NCBI GenBank assembly: GCA_001244265.2
Contig: CDLV01000007.1
Coordinates: forward strand, 1,054,001 to 1,118,000
Source: Microbotryum violaceum
Lineage: Eukaryota
Length of the DNA: 64,000 bases
Direction of reading: 5' to 3'
Made by a program: the position numbers and the translations under genes. Below are positions 1-11,786 of this stretch, piece after piece. The notes beneath the pieces were generated by a model, which was given only the letters and a program-made list of their open reading frames with translations, had not been told where the DNA came from and searched no databases. Numbering within the stretch: the stretch's first letter is position 1; every line of letters starts with the position of its first letter.

Positions 1-1408
1 CCGTTCCGACGGCGGGACCTCTGGGTGGGTACATGGACGAGTGGGGAAATAGGGTCAGAGAGGTGGTTATCGAATCGCGACTCGTCATAGAAAGGGCGAA
101 CTGACGCATGAACCCTGGCAGCCGCTCCAACTCGATCCTCTCTGTGACATGGAACCTCGAGCTGCGTTGCTTCCTCGGCGTCTTTGATGTCGGGATCGTA
201 TCCTTGGGTCCTGCAGCCGCGGCGGGGCGCAACTTGCCTGCGCCCGCGAGCAACCCCGCCGATCCGGCCTTGGGCGGTGTTCCGGCAGGAGACAAGCCCG
301 TAAGCGGGGGTGCACCCGGTGGAGGCGGCGACGAAGACGATCCTGGTCCGCCAACGGTGGCGAAGGGTGCACCGGCCATGGGTGCGCCTGCGCGATTCGG
401 GGAGATGGGGTGGTGGGGTTGACTAGAAGGGTGAGGCATCGGGTCCTGCGGCATCACGGCCTATGTGCCCATGTGGAGACGGAGTCAGTGTGCTTGCTGG
501 TGGTAGAATCTCGAGAGCATGATGGCCAATATGACACACAGCACAAGCCTGTGCCAGAGCAATAGGCATGACGATGCCTGTCACAGGTCGGAGTGACCGC
601 GACACCGACGACAAGGAACACGCGCGCGTCCGGCCTCGATTGGTGGTGGTCGATGGAGGCCTTCGACGGCCGGGGGACGCCGGTACGACCAGCGAGACAG
701 CGCGATCCGAGGGCACCGATCCAGGTCCCGAATGCAACACGACCGGAAGCAGGCCGACTTACGTGCTCAGGAGAAACTACGATTGAAGGTGCGGACGGGC
801 CACCTTTGTGGGACGGCGCACCGCCCGAGAAGGTCGATGCACCGGCGCTGCCGCGACTGGAACCGCCGCCGGGAGCAGCGGCAGGGGCGTGTTGGGCTCC
901 TTGAGGCGGAGGCGCGCCCTTGCCGGACTGGGCTGAGGTCGAACTGGGACCTGATTTGCCGTTGGACGAGGAAGATGAGTTGGCGTCTTTGGAGTTGCGG
1001 TTCAACTGTGGGTTGTATGTAGGCGAGCGTTGCCGGCACGCGGAAGAGGAGGGGGAGCCGCCGAGCGAGATGGGGATGGCGGTGGTGGTGGTGGTGATCG
1101 TGTACGCGGGTTGATCGACGACGACGAGGCCAGACCGCGAGACGAGCCGTATCCGAAGAGGCCGGGGTGGGATAAGGGCAGAGGTGTGAGAGAGAGGAAG
1201 AAGTTCGTCAGCATCGTCCATCTACCAGAACCACCCAGCTCGCACGCCTCGCAGTCGGATCGCCGACGATGTGCGATCGCACAAGGGCCCGCCTCGGGAC
1301 CGGTGAGGGAGACCGGGGGGACAACGGCGTGGAGGGGCCGTCGAGTGGAGCGTGAACGCAGGCGAGGCAGTGGGAGTGACTGACCAGTCGTTTCTGAATG
1401 CTCTTCAT
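1..1408 (-). CDS. RTS1: PP2A B56 (B') regulatory subunit, 5' part; gene runs off the left edge of the window
   Basis: Micro-exon MKSIQKRL (ATG at 1408, GTCAGT donor), then low-complexity exons. These are followed by KDTIPTSKTPRKQRSSRFHVTERIELERLPGFM, an intron and EVPPSER, which matches the conserved start of the fungal B56 domain. Internal exon phases are not fully resolved. Confidence 0.85.
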
Positions 1409-1571
1409 CTCGACGATAGACCAGAACGACAGCCTCGGGAATCTAGTGGGACAGAGTACAAGGTCAGGTCGTCCAGCGGGTCCGAGCGAACGCGGGTAAC
1501 GGTGATGGGGTCGCGTCAACCCGGCCCCCCCGTCCAGCTTCGATGGCGCATCCCCCAGAAGCGCTCACTCT

Positions 1572-1731
1572 CAGATCGGCAGGTCCGTTAACCCAGCCAA
1601 ATGAGCTGCCCCGCGCGGGTGAGTTAAGGTAGCTTTTTTGTTTTTTGGCCCGGTTGGAGGTTGGTACAGGTCGGGTGCACCAATGCCCTCCCCACCCCAT
1701 CCCACCCCGGCGCAGTGCACCTCAAATGGTC
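1572..1731 (+). repeat. Left terminal inverted repeat of the KDZ element (imperfect)
   Basis: Collinear blocks are shared with the reverse complement of 10691-10844: CCCCGCGCG, GAGTT, AGCTTTTT, TTTGGCCC, GTTGGT, GGTGCACCA-TGCCCT, CCCCGG and TGGTCA. Confidence 0.85.
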
Positions 1732-2734
1732 ATAAGTAATAAGGGGCCACTAGTTCGTGTAAGACTCACCATCATCACGAATAACACTTTCCGAAGACTC
1801 CGTCGCAAGTTCGAATTATGTCATAAATGTCATACAGCTTGTCGTACTCAGTCCATTCAATTCGTGTAGTTCCGTATACCATCAACTGATATGTGCACGA
1901 CAGATCCTGTGTAGACCTTTTCCCATATTCGTTAATTTGGATACGACGGAGGGAGTACATACACACCGCGTCTATTGGGCCCGAGGGAGGGATCGGTCGT
2001 GGTCCCTGAAATCCTGGATCGGTCCTCGAGCAGACAAACGCTTATTCTGAACGGTGTGCACCTTTTTATATAAAATAGATATCTAGTGAAGCCCCTTCGG
2101 ACAGTCGACTTGGGTCCAGCGCCAATCAGTCCTGCATCAATGCCTAGAGAGTAATTGAAGAGGCAAAATTGAGGCGGGGCTGTGCGGCCGCACGCGGAGC
2201 TCAGATTGGCGAGCGCTCTGCGTTAACACTTTGACCTCTGCGCACTCACGTCAACGCGACAACGCGCACCCTTGACCCACGCCACGCCCCGCATCTCAAT
2301 ACATTGAAATCTCCCTGCGCCTGTTGAATGAACATAGATGCTATTACCGTATGGAGGTATGTGGACGCGTTTCCCCGCCTCACATCTCCCTCCTCATGGG
2401 CCTAATTGTGTTGCTCCACCATGATGCGACCGTCAGACATACGCGTGGGATCTAGGGAAGGTTCTCCAGCAGAGTCCATTTCCTTTGGCGCTCATCCGAG
2501 TAGTGCTCTTGTCTGGTGTGTCAACTAAGATCCCTCGTAGCAGGGCTGAAAGCAGAGTGCCAGTCATCAACCTCATCCTTCTATCTACTCAATCCTGACG
2601 GACAGCTGAAGAATTCTCAGTTCTCTCACACCTCTTGCAGGTCGGAGGGACGATCAAAGCCGTCGAACCTCCTCACAAGCCAGTACAATTCTGGATGAAC
2701 CGTCTCGACGCCCGACTCGGAAGAAAAGCGGCGC

Positions 2735-4446
2735 ATGCCCGTGCCCCAAACCCCTTCGTCCGACTCCGACTCTGACGAGCCCAATTTGGGCGATTCCAAT
2801 CAATCCTCGGCTGACGACAGTGACAGTGAAAGTGACAGTCACAGTCACAGTGAGAGTGAGTTTGAAGATGTCGCGATCGACCATCGAAGAGCTATCAGGC
2901 TCTGGACGGCCATACATGGCTCGCATCGGAACGCGACCGGTCGTATGAGTCAAAGAAAGTGGACCTCGCTGAAGCGCTGGGCCGCTCGAAGATATTACTC
3001 GGAGCTCAAGATGGCCGCGAAACTCGGCATATCTCATGCAAGGCTCGTTCAGGCCGTCAAAAAGTTCGACAGGCTCGCTTCGAAGGGCAATGCGTGGTCT
3101 AGATTTCTCTCGGACCCTGTAATCAAGGTTTTACACTAGCGAGCAAGCAAGGGTGAGTGGTCCTCCGGGCGCTTCCGGTCATGCCCACTCCACTCTCCTA
3201 CGCTCTCGCTTATGCTTACCGCTGCGGCCGCAATGTCTGTTCTTACATACCCTGGGTGTGTCAAACGTGCTCAGAATCGGATCAGTCGAAATCGCAATCC
3301 ATCACCAAACTTGCCGCTCACCTCTGGAACTTCCTGAGAGACCAGGGGGACCTCGCATCTGCCCAACTTGGCGAGGACGACGAAGAGCTTGTTCGCGCGG
3401 CTTTTGCAGCGGCAGAGGCCGGAGGTAATACGACTTTCACTTCGATAGTACCACCCACCATCATCACACGGTCGCCATCCGACATTCCTTCCCCAACTCG
3501 GATGGAGCAATGCAAAAAGTACATTGCAGAGTTGCGAGACCTGGCGCAACGCATGTCCAAGCTGTACGGAGTGGAAACCCTGGCCTTTATTGTCCCTCGT
3601 TATCAAGACGACGTGTCGCCAGCGACGAAGGCGACCGTGCATTCGATAGGTGGGCTCAGATTTTCAGCTCACTGCAACGACTTCAAGGATCCATCCGGCA
3701 ATTCCTTGTTGTCTAATTTTGCTTCCAAGATGAGCTGGGATGAGACACTCAAGGCCAATGAAGCGGCAGATCTGAAAAAGGGTGAGCCTTTCATCGCAAG
3801 TTATACGCGCATGAGACCAAGTTACCGTTACCAATTATGTGATATATGTTTTCGTCTCATCTATCAGCAAAAACTCGCTCGATGGACAGTGCTACTCGTG
3901 GCGTTCTTGGCAAATGACACGGCACTCTGTTCCGCGCCCAACTCAGTAAGTAGTCTGCATCTGATCGGGCTCGACTCCGTGCTTATCATTTCCGTCTTTA
4001 CAGACTCTGCCCTCGAGACTATACATCGCCGTTCCGACACGGGATCATCGACAGGCGCTTTCACACCTCAGAAGAAGATGATATGGTCTACCCAGGGCTT
4101 GAAGGCACTGGGTGTCAAATTGCGGATCAAGCCCGGAACGAAGAGTAGATACGAAATGGCTCTGCATCATAGTGCAGAGACATCGCCCAAGCAAACCGTT
4201 GCTCAGCTCAAGGCTATCATTGACGACCTCCGTCACGGCCGCCTCGCTATCGTACCCTCGGCGGACCCGAACGACAACACGGAGGCAGAGGCAAGCGACA
4301 ATGACTTGAATGGCGGAGAAGGACCCCTGGGCTCAAGATTTGGTGGAGCCGGGGACGAAGGCGGAGAGGTACGCGGCGGAGAAAAAAGCGGAGAAGAAGA
4401 TAGAGAAAAAAATAGCGGGGGGGTGGCGGAGGAGACCGGAGGATGA
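2735..4446 (+). pseudogene. KDZ-associated cargo gene with a divergent HMG-box-like region; one in-frame stop
   Basis: Acidic N-terminus, then NAWSRF, an intron (GTGAGT donor at about 3153) and SITKLAAHLWNFL, resembling the helices of derived HMG domains. TAG at 3137-3139 interrupts the exon four codons before the donor. Acidic C-terminal tail. Confidence 0.55.
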
Positions 4447-6415
4447 ATGAAGCAAAACATCGTCGATGTGAGACCGTTCTTATGTCTGTCTTTGGGCATA
4501 CTATGCTCTGAGTCGGTCTGCAAGATGACCGATATTTGTTATGTCTCTGTGGTTTGTGACGCGTCTTTCAGTGTAGATCCTTGAGTTTAGTTTCAGATGA
4601 TTGTCATGCACGCATACAGCGTCTCAGCTGCCATCTTAATTGTGGCAATTAATCTTAACAGGATTGTAAATCAATACGATCAAAACGCTCATTCTGTCAG
4701 GCTCCGCCAAGATCACTGGGCATACTCGAAACCCCCCCCAGCGGACCGTTTCCTACGTCAAGGCCCGGGGGCCCCTGTGTGCTCCGGGCGCCGGCATCCC
4801 GTTTATCTACGGCCCCCCTTCCAGAGATTACGCTAGAGTCTTTCTTCACAACCAATCGTTCCGCACCTTTGTCCTACAAGGACTCGGGGCGCACCGCATG
4901 GGCCGCAGCACAACGGTGTGGCGCTCGCATCCAGGCAAGGCGACATCTCTGCGCATCTATTTACCTTTGGGTTAACGAAATTAGAATAGCTCTCGGCCGA
5001 CGCATCTCCTCTTTCTTCTTCTTCTTTTTCTGAACTTGTGGTGTACAACCAAATGGCCATACACCTTTTCCAACTTCGACCTCATCGCCGTTTCTTGCGC
5101 CTCCCGTTTCAAACACACTTGCGAACCGATCCCTCCTAATCATTATCATATCCATGTATCCATGCTTCGTCCAAAGGCACCGTACCATTGACCGGGTCTC
5201 GTTGCACAAGTCTGTTTGACCTTTTGGCCTACCGTTGTCTTCTTTCCTTAGATACAATCTGACTTCACCTTCAGGTCGGACCGGTTGCCACTGCATAACC
5301 CTTAACTGCCTGCGCGCCGCAAAACCGGACGGTGGACAACTGTGAGGGCATTCGGTGGGACTGCAATACAGGGGTCAGACGACAGCTCGACCTCTCCTTT
5401 CATGTCCCATCCTGAATTCACCCATCGTCGCAACTATAAGACCCAACTGAAGACCAAGAAGATGACCATCACAATGATGACAAGACGGTATGTCCCGTCG
5501 AAAAGAACTCTGAAAACACCCTCCCGGTTCGGGTACTTTCAGTCTGACTCCAACACGACGTGTTGTCCACCTTGGGTTTGAACCCTGATTGGTGTCACAA
5601 AAGACTATATGACCTGCCATCGCCGAAAACCACGGCAGGGCAGTCGGTCGGTCGATATTAGAAGGAGGCCTAGGCCACAACAGCGTGCAGAACTCTCAAG
5701 CCGCCTAATGCGATGAGAAAACGTAGAGCAACGACAGAGCAAGGGGTGTATCAAGGTGAGTCTGACTCACTCGTAGCTTTGTTCAGTCAAATAAAGCACA
5801 ATACATTGGGTATGGGTGACTATGACTTGCTGCAGTTCGACTGTTGAAACGCAAGCGCCCGTGATGACGTACTGCGCATCGAGATCACAGTGAGCGTGTG
5901 AATTACGCAGGAAGGAATTGCGACAAAGCAGTACGCTGGATCAGGACTTCGTTCAAGTATACATCAAAATGTAGTCGGCAGTGTTGGAATATAATAAGTA
6001 CCTTTGCAATCCCTGCTGACTGTTTGGGAAGTGTCACCCAAGGCACGACGCGGACTGCGCATGTGACTGACTGGCAGGGAGCGCGGTCTACATGTAGGAG
6101 ATCTCAGTGCAGTCAGTGCAACAAAGATGAAATGGACGCTTGTGTTCACTCCCTCAGCGTAGCGCGCTCTTCCTCTAAATCTTACCGGTCGTGTTGGGCT
6201 CCGGCTGCCAGCTTTACTCGAGCGACATTAGGCGAGCCACCGCAAGATCGAGCGATTTAGCGTTGCCGGGTCTTGGATGTCTGATCGTTCTTGTTGCACT
6301 TCCTGGCGGAGCGTCGTATAACGGGTAGAATTACTAGCGAAATGAACGCATCATTGATCTCTTTACTAGTGCAAGTAGCAACTGGGCAAAAGACTGCAAC
6401 TATATATGATCAATA

Positions 6416-9400
6416 TCAAATCCCCCAAAAAACATCGCCATCGTCTTCATCAAAGTTCTCGTTGATCTCGTCACTGAAGGCGCCGTAATCGGTAGTGTCG
6501 ACGGAATGATGACTCAGATCATCGCTCGAATGATCACTGATGTCAAGAAGGGTGTCATGATCCGTGGTGATGTCGTCTGACTCTCCGACCATCCCATCAT
6601 TGATGCAGTCTGGCCATGTGTGATCCGGCAAGCCACCCGCTGTGGTTCGTTGAAAAACATCAACGTACGACGTTCGAAGCTCGACCCACTCCTCCACTTG
6701 CGGTTCGCCGGTTTGCCGGGTGCATTCCCACAGGTGATCTAGGCCGCCCTTCGAAAACCATCGGCGCGCAATATTTCTAAGACGCTCTTCTTCTTGCTCG
6801 AGCATCATCATCGCAGAGTCATCCTGCTCATCTCGTTGGAGTGATTGCTGGTGAACTTGCTGAAACCTCTTGCGACGGCTTATCAGCCACCGTCCAATGC
6901 GACGCACTTCCCATCCAAGTCGCTTGATTTCTTGCTGGCATCTTGCGCGAGACAATACTGCTGGAATGCCGACACGAACATCATCATCGTAGGCCCACGG
7001 CTCAGTGGGATGACTATATAATCCGTTGTTCCAGAGCGGCGCCAAGATGTCGAGTTTGAGCAGTTCGTTGAGATCCTCTGGGGCTGACGGCGGTACCCTT
7101 CGGGTTCTCAAGATCGAATGGGAATGCTCAGAATTGGCGAGGATGGCAGCATACTTTTTCACCTCGTCGTTATACATCGCCACTGCCTTCATGAGTCTTG
7201 GACGCAAAGAATTAAGATTCTTGGCCAGGAGACCAGCCGCTTTCGTACCTATGAGCTGGCATTGCTACACATCAGCGTTCCTTCTGCCGGCGCAGAAGAC
7301 TCATGGATTTCCTACCGAGGGCTTTACCGCCTAGGCGCGGGAGCCGCAGCTTCTCAGCTCCCTGTCGATATTGTACGACCAAGTCCCACAGCGAGCGAGA
7401 TGCGATAATCGATGTGCAGGCAAATTCATAATCCGTGCCAATCAAAGGTATTGAAATATTTAAGCGAGGACAACGGGGATCACACCAGAGGGTCAGAATG
7501 GAAGAAGGGAGTGACATACCAGGGTCCAGGACACTGATGTTTATGTCCGACGCGCGTAAGGAGTTCAGTCGATCATCAAGAACCTGTCGTTGTTTGGCCA
7601 GCTGTTGAAGTTTAGTCGACTGTTCTATAAGCTTGTTCGTATCTATGGTGTTCACGCAGGCTAGGTCTTCCCTGTAGCAATCGAAAAATGAATACCGAAG
7701 TTAGGTTACCGGTTCGTGTCTCACTCCCAAACAACGGCGATAGCTCAGACCCACCGGCATGCTGCGATGTCTCTGTTAATCAGCTCAAGCTTGAACATGA
7801 CGTTGCGCATCTCGGCTACCTCTTTGCGCTGCTCTTTCAGAGGGATCTGCTTGGACGCTGCATGTTGCGCGTGTCATTGTTCAAGGAGGGTAGCGACCGT
7901 CCATTCGGCGGAGCGATTAACGACCTCAGCAATGACTCTGTCGGCTTCGGCCTTGAGCTTGATTGCGTTTTTGAGTCGATAATTAAGTTTGGTCATTGGG
8001 CATGATCGATACGCCAAAGATCAGCGACATGGTAAGGTAGTGCATGAAAGACTGGACGCTTAGGCGAACCAAGTTCGGCCAGATGCTGCTTGTTATAAGC
8101 AGACGCTCGACGATTGATGTTCTCCAGCCGATGGGAGGCACTGGATGATCGATTCATGGGTATCATGCCTCGAAGCTGCGACCACAAGCGCTCGGCTCCC
8201 TCGGCATCAGTCAAACCAAAACTGGGTAGTAAGCGCGGATCAAAGTCAACCTGGCAGGACCACTTGTGCGCATAGGCATGCATCGACGAGAGAGCAAATT
8301 CTAGACGCGGTAAGTGGTCTGCCAGAAGATTGCGCTGCGCATACCGGGGAGAGATGAGCTGTTCAGCTACGGACTAAGCCAATGCTCAGGCTGAGTGTCA
8401 CGAACAAACTCACACGGCGTAAGTGCGACGATAAGTTGCAGGCGATATCATACGCGACTCCAACGCGACTTCGATCCTGCCTCGAACTTTGGTGGGAGCC
8501 CGATCCCGAGCTGGATCCGACGTTTGTAGCGTCACTGGTACGCGCAGGTCCCGTAGTACAATCCGTTTCTCCGACTTCAACTTCTTCGAGAATCCATTTC
8601 AACAGCGACACGGGATATACTAACCTGCGGTAGACCAAACTCGCGTATTAGTGTCCTTGCCTGGAGTCACAGATGGCCGGTCCACACATACTTTTCACCT
8701 GATTGATGAAGGTTGCAAGGTCGCAGGCAATGATCATGACGGCACACTGCAGCAACGAGGCCTGTGTCGGCTACTACATTTGACGAAGCGGAGGTCACAC
8801 CACCATTTGCGGCCTTCCAGTTCGCTGTGCATTCGTCCTATATGGTAGAATAGCCCGTTTAGCAATCACAGACAGTCGGGTCAACGCATTATTGGGTTCG
8901 GGTGACCCGACACCAGCAGCACCAAGGTACCTGCTCGCCCGCTTCAGTCGATCCGTCGATCAAAGCTTGCTCGTTTCGAATCTTGTCTGGTGACAGGAAT
9001 AACGCTGGACGTGACTTGAGAGGATCAGCAGTTGCCCGCGCGAATCGTCGATCCTGAAAATTGCCGTCGACAGCAATGATGACATCGAGGTCATTCTCGC
9101 TCTTGCCGGCTTCATCGATCCGAGGCCCAAAACATGCCGGACAAACGTCGGCCAGACGCTCGCGCGGGGAGAGGCCGATAAATTCGGCGGTCAAAGTTGC
9201 CTGCAGCTGTTGCATAAATCGATATTCATCCATTGCGGCTTGAAGATGCTGACGCACGGTTGGACCCTGGGAAGCTTCCAATATTTTCTGTAAGAACCAG
9301 TGAATGTTTCCGGCCTGTCCCTGTCCCAGAGCCCACCTTGTTAAAAGGATCCTCCGAGGATAATTCAGAGGACCAAAAGAGAATGAGCGCTTCGGACATG

Positions 9401-10677
9401 TCATAGATACCAAAAGGATCTAACCCCCAGTAGGTGTCGAGATATTCGATCGTGCGAAAGGTGAATGCGGTGATGCCTTCTCTTTTTCGGATTGAAGATG
9501 ACGACTTCGGGAGAAGACCGTGAGCTGCCAGGGTTTGGATTGAGGGATAGCATGGGCAGTATCGTAGTTCTCGCATGCCTGCTCATGGTTGGGGGATATC
9601 AAATCAGTCCAAGACGATAGCGTAGGGGTGATTGACAAAAGATGTGCAGCAGAAGCACCTACCTGCAAAGAACAGGTCGACAACCCGGAACTTTCTGGTG
9701 ACTCGGCGTTCATGACATGCGTCGCACCACCCCTCGTCGTCCGAGGAAGGGACAAACCCGCTCTGTCCAAGCACTTCTTTGGCCTTTTTCTTCATTAATA
9801 GGTACGCCTGGAGAAGTTCAGCTCGTTTTGACGCCCTAGTCTTAGCTTCGGCCCTCGCATTCCGGCGACGATTGCGCTGCTTCTTGGCGTTCCTCTCGAT
9901 CTGCGATCGCTTAAGGGAAGAGGGCGCTTGGTCTTGAGAAGCACCGTCTGGGTGGAATGGCGAATGCTCCGGTCCAGATGAGTATCCACCGCCGAAATCG
10001 CGACCGAAGTCGTAGTCGGGCTCAAAGTCGGGCGCGCTGTTAGGCTTGAAGTTGTGCTCGAAGCCGCCGGTCTCGGTGTCTAGAGGCCACGCCGTTGCGC
10101 CATCGGCAATGTCAGTCCACGGCTCGGACGATGATTTGTGGAGGCCGGCAATGGATTTCTCCGAATGCTCCTTCCGACGACGCGTTGACCTCTGGACTGA
10201 TGGTGATAGGGGAGGGCCCGGCTGACGTTTCGGACGCCTCTTCGTTGGAGAGCGGAAAATGCCGAAGTTGAAGCCGAACGTCTTGTCGAACAGCTCGCTA
10301 TCCGGGGACAACGATGGCCCCCTTTTCCGTACTCGCCTGGTCCATAATCTCCTCCTCTTCTTATTCTTCGTCTTCGCCTCCTCCTCCGTTCCGACCGACG
10401 TCGTGGCCCCATTCTCACACGTGTCCTTGTTGCTGCTGGTCACCTTCTTCCTCCTCCTCCTCACGGTCGTGCTCTTCTTGCGCTTGGTCTTGTCAGGCGT
10501 TTTCCCTTCTCTGTTCCGACTGGCGATGCTGAGCGAGGTTGTAGAGGTGGTGGTGTGTGTGGTAGGATGTCCATGCTTGAAGCGATGGGTGCGAGCCTGC
10601 AAGGCCTTGGTTGGAGGGAAGTGGGGGGGAACTCGTGGTGCTGAGGCAGATGGACCAGTAGCGGGGATAAGTAGCAA
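6416..10677 (-). pseudogene. CxC-type cysteine cluster plus KDZ transposase, multi-exon, probably inactivated
   Basis: Motifs in order: WCDAC, YCPC...LAAHGLLP...TAFTF, CPACFG...DGNFQ, DTGL...CRHD...GEK, YDIAC, HAYAH..CQ, GLTDAEGAERLWS, LGTK, EPWA..R..QEI.RL.WE. In-frame TGA at 7874-7876 where Trp is expected (EQ*HAQ). No clear in-frame ATG at the 5' end. Confidence 0.88.
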
Positions 10678-10690
10678 GTGCCCGGATTAG

Positions 10691-10844
10691 TGACCACTTT
10701 TGCCTCCGGGGGCTGGGGGTTGGCAGGGCAATGGTGCACCTAGCCCGCACCAACGTTTTCCTGGGCCAAATCTTCAAAAAGCTCCATAAACTCGCCGCGC
10801 GCGGGGTAGTATATTTGTTAGGCTTATTTTGACCCGCATAGGTG
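10691..10844 (-). repeat. Right terminal inverted repeat of the KDZ element (imperfect)
   Basis: The reverse complement aligns block by block with 1572-1731. It is followed directly by the target duplication CTCACTCT. Confidence 0.85.
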
Positions 10845-11786
10845 CTCACTCTGTCAGACTACTTTGTCCTACTCTGTCGGCCCGCTCGGGCCTCTTGACC
10901 GTGGCCTCTCGATCGTGATGGGCGGGGTTCAGCCTCTGTCACATAGTTACAGCAGAGCATAGGAATTAGCTTTGAGGAAAACAGAGATACTACCAGGTTT
11001 TCTCAAGAACACCTGGGCTGCCCGAGACCGTGTTCTCGCGTCCAGAAGACTCGGAGCTGCTCGTACAATTGTCGCGCCGCCAATTTTTGCGAGCAAGATC
11101 CAAACCATTCATGCAGTTGAGGCTTGCAAGTGCACCACACTCGAGCTTGCTTTTGAGACTAGGACCCACCTCAAGAGTATTCAGATCACTAGGAACGAGT
11201 CGCTGCCTTTGGCACCGCGACTTTGCACAATCAGTAGCATTCAGAGTTCTCGCTCGTCGCCCCTATCACCAACCGGGCGAATCCCCACTAGCTCCTAGCG
11301 CGGGGGTAAGGAAAGCCTATTTGACGGTTTCAGGTAACTCACCATTTGAGTAGAAAAGCGCTAGAGGTGACAGCAAGTTGACCCTGCTGTGGCATTGGCA
11401 ATCTTTCGGCTGGGCTGAACCAAGCTGAAACTTTGGTGCCGAAACTTCGGATGGCAGCGGCCCGGTTGGCCGATTATCCTACTACACTGGTATTATGTCC
11501 CATTAGGTAGTGTTCGCTTGCTTCCGACGCTGGGACTGAGAAAAACTCTGTCAGACACGACTTTCGTTAGATATCCCCGGATCAGATGCAGCATCCCGCC
11601 GGCTGCCTGTCACGCGCTTAGGCCTGCCAACGGTTTACGGGTATACCGAGGCTCACGAGAGCTCACGAGAGCTCACGATGCAGCCTTGTCTCACTCGCGC
11701 TGCCTGTCTCTCTGCCTCTTCCACGCAGTCCAGTCCACCTTCTCCCAAGCAACTCATCAGGGTATAAACAAGACTGCCCCGTCAGG

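Larger units (their letters stand above)
1572..10844 (-). mobile_element. Full-length KDZ (Kyakuja-Dileera-Zisupton superfamily) DNA transposon, 9,273 bp
   Basis: Flanked by the exact direct repeat CTCACTCT at 1564-1571 and 10845-10852. Termini read CA...TG. About 150-bp imperfect inverted repeats lie at the ends, and a KDZ transposase gene lies inside. Confidence 0.9.

Noticed and set aside
423-760. CAVCHIGHH in a minus-strand ORF, resembling a LINE gag zinc knuckle
   Set aside because: The CCHC spacing is incomplete, and the segment lies between RTS1 exons bounded by a GTAAGT donor and a TAG acceptor.
4600-6400. TET/JBP dioxygenase expected near a KDZ transposase
   Set aside because: No HxD...H...R 2-oxoglutarate/Fe signature was found in the frames read; a heavily decayed copy cannot be excluded without a profile search.
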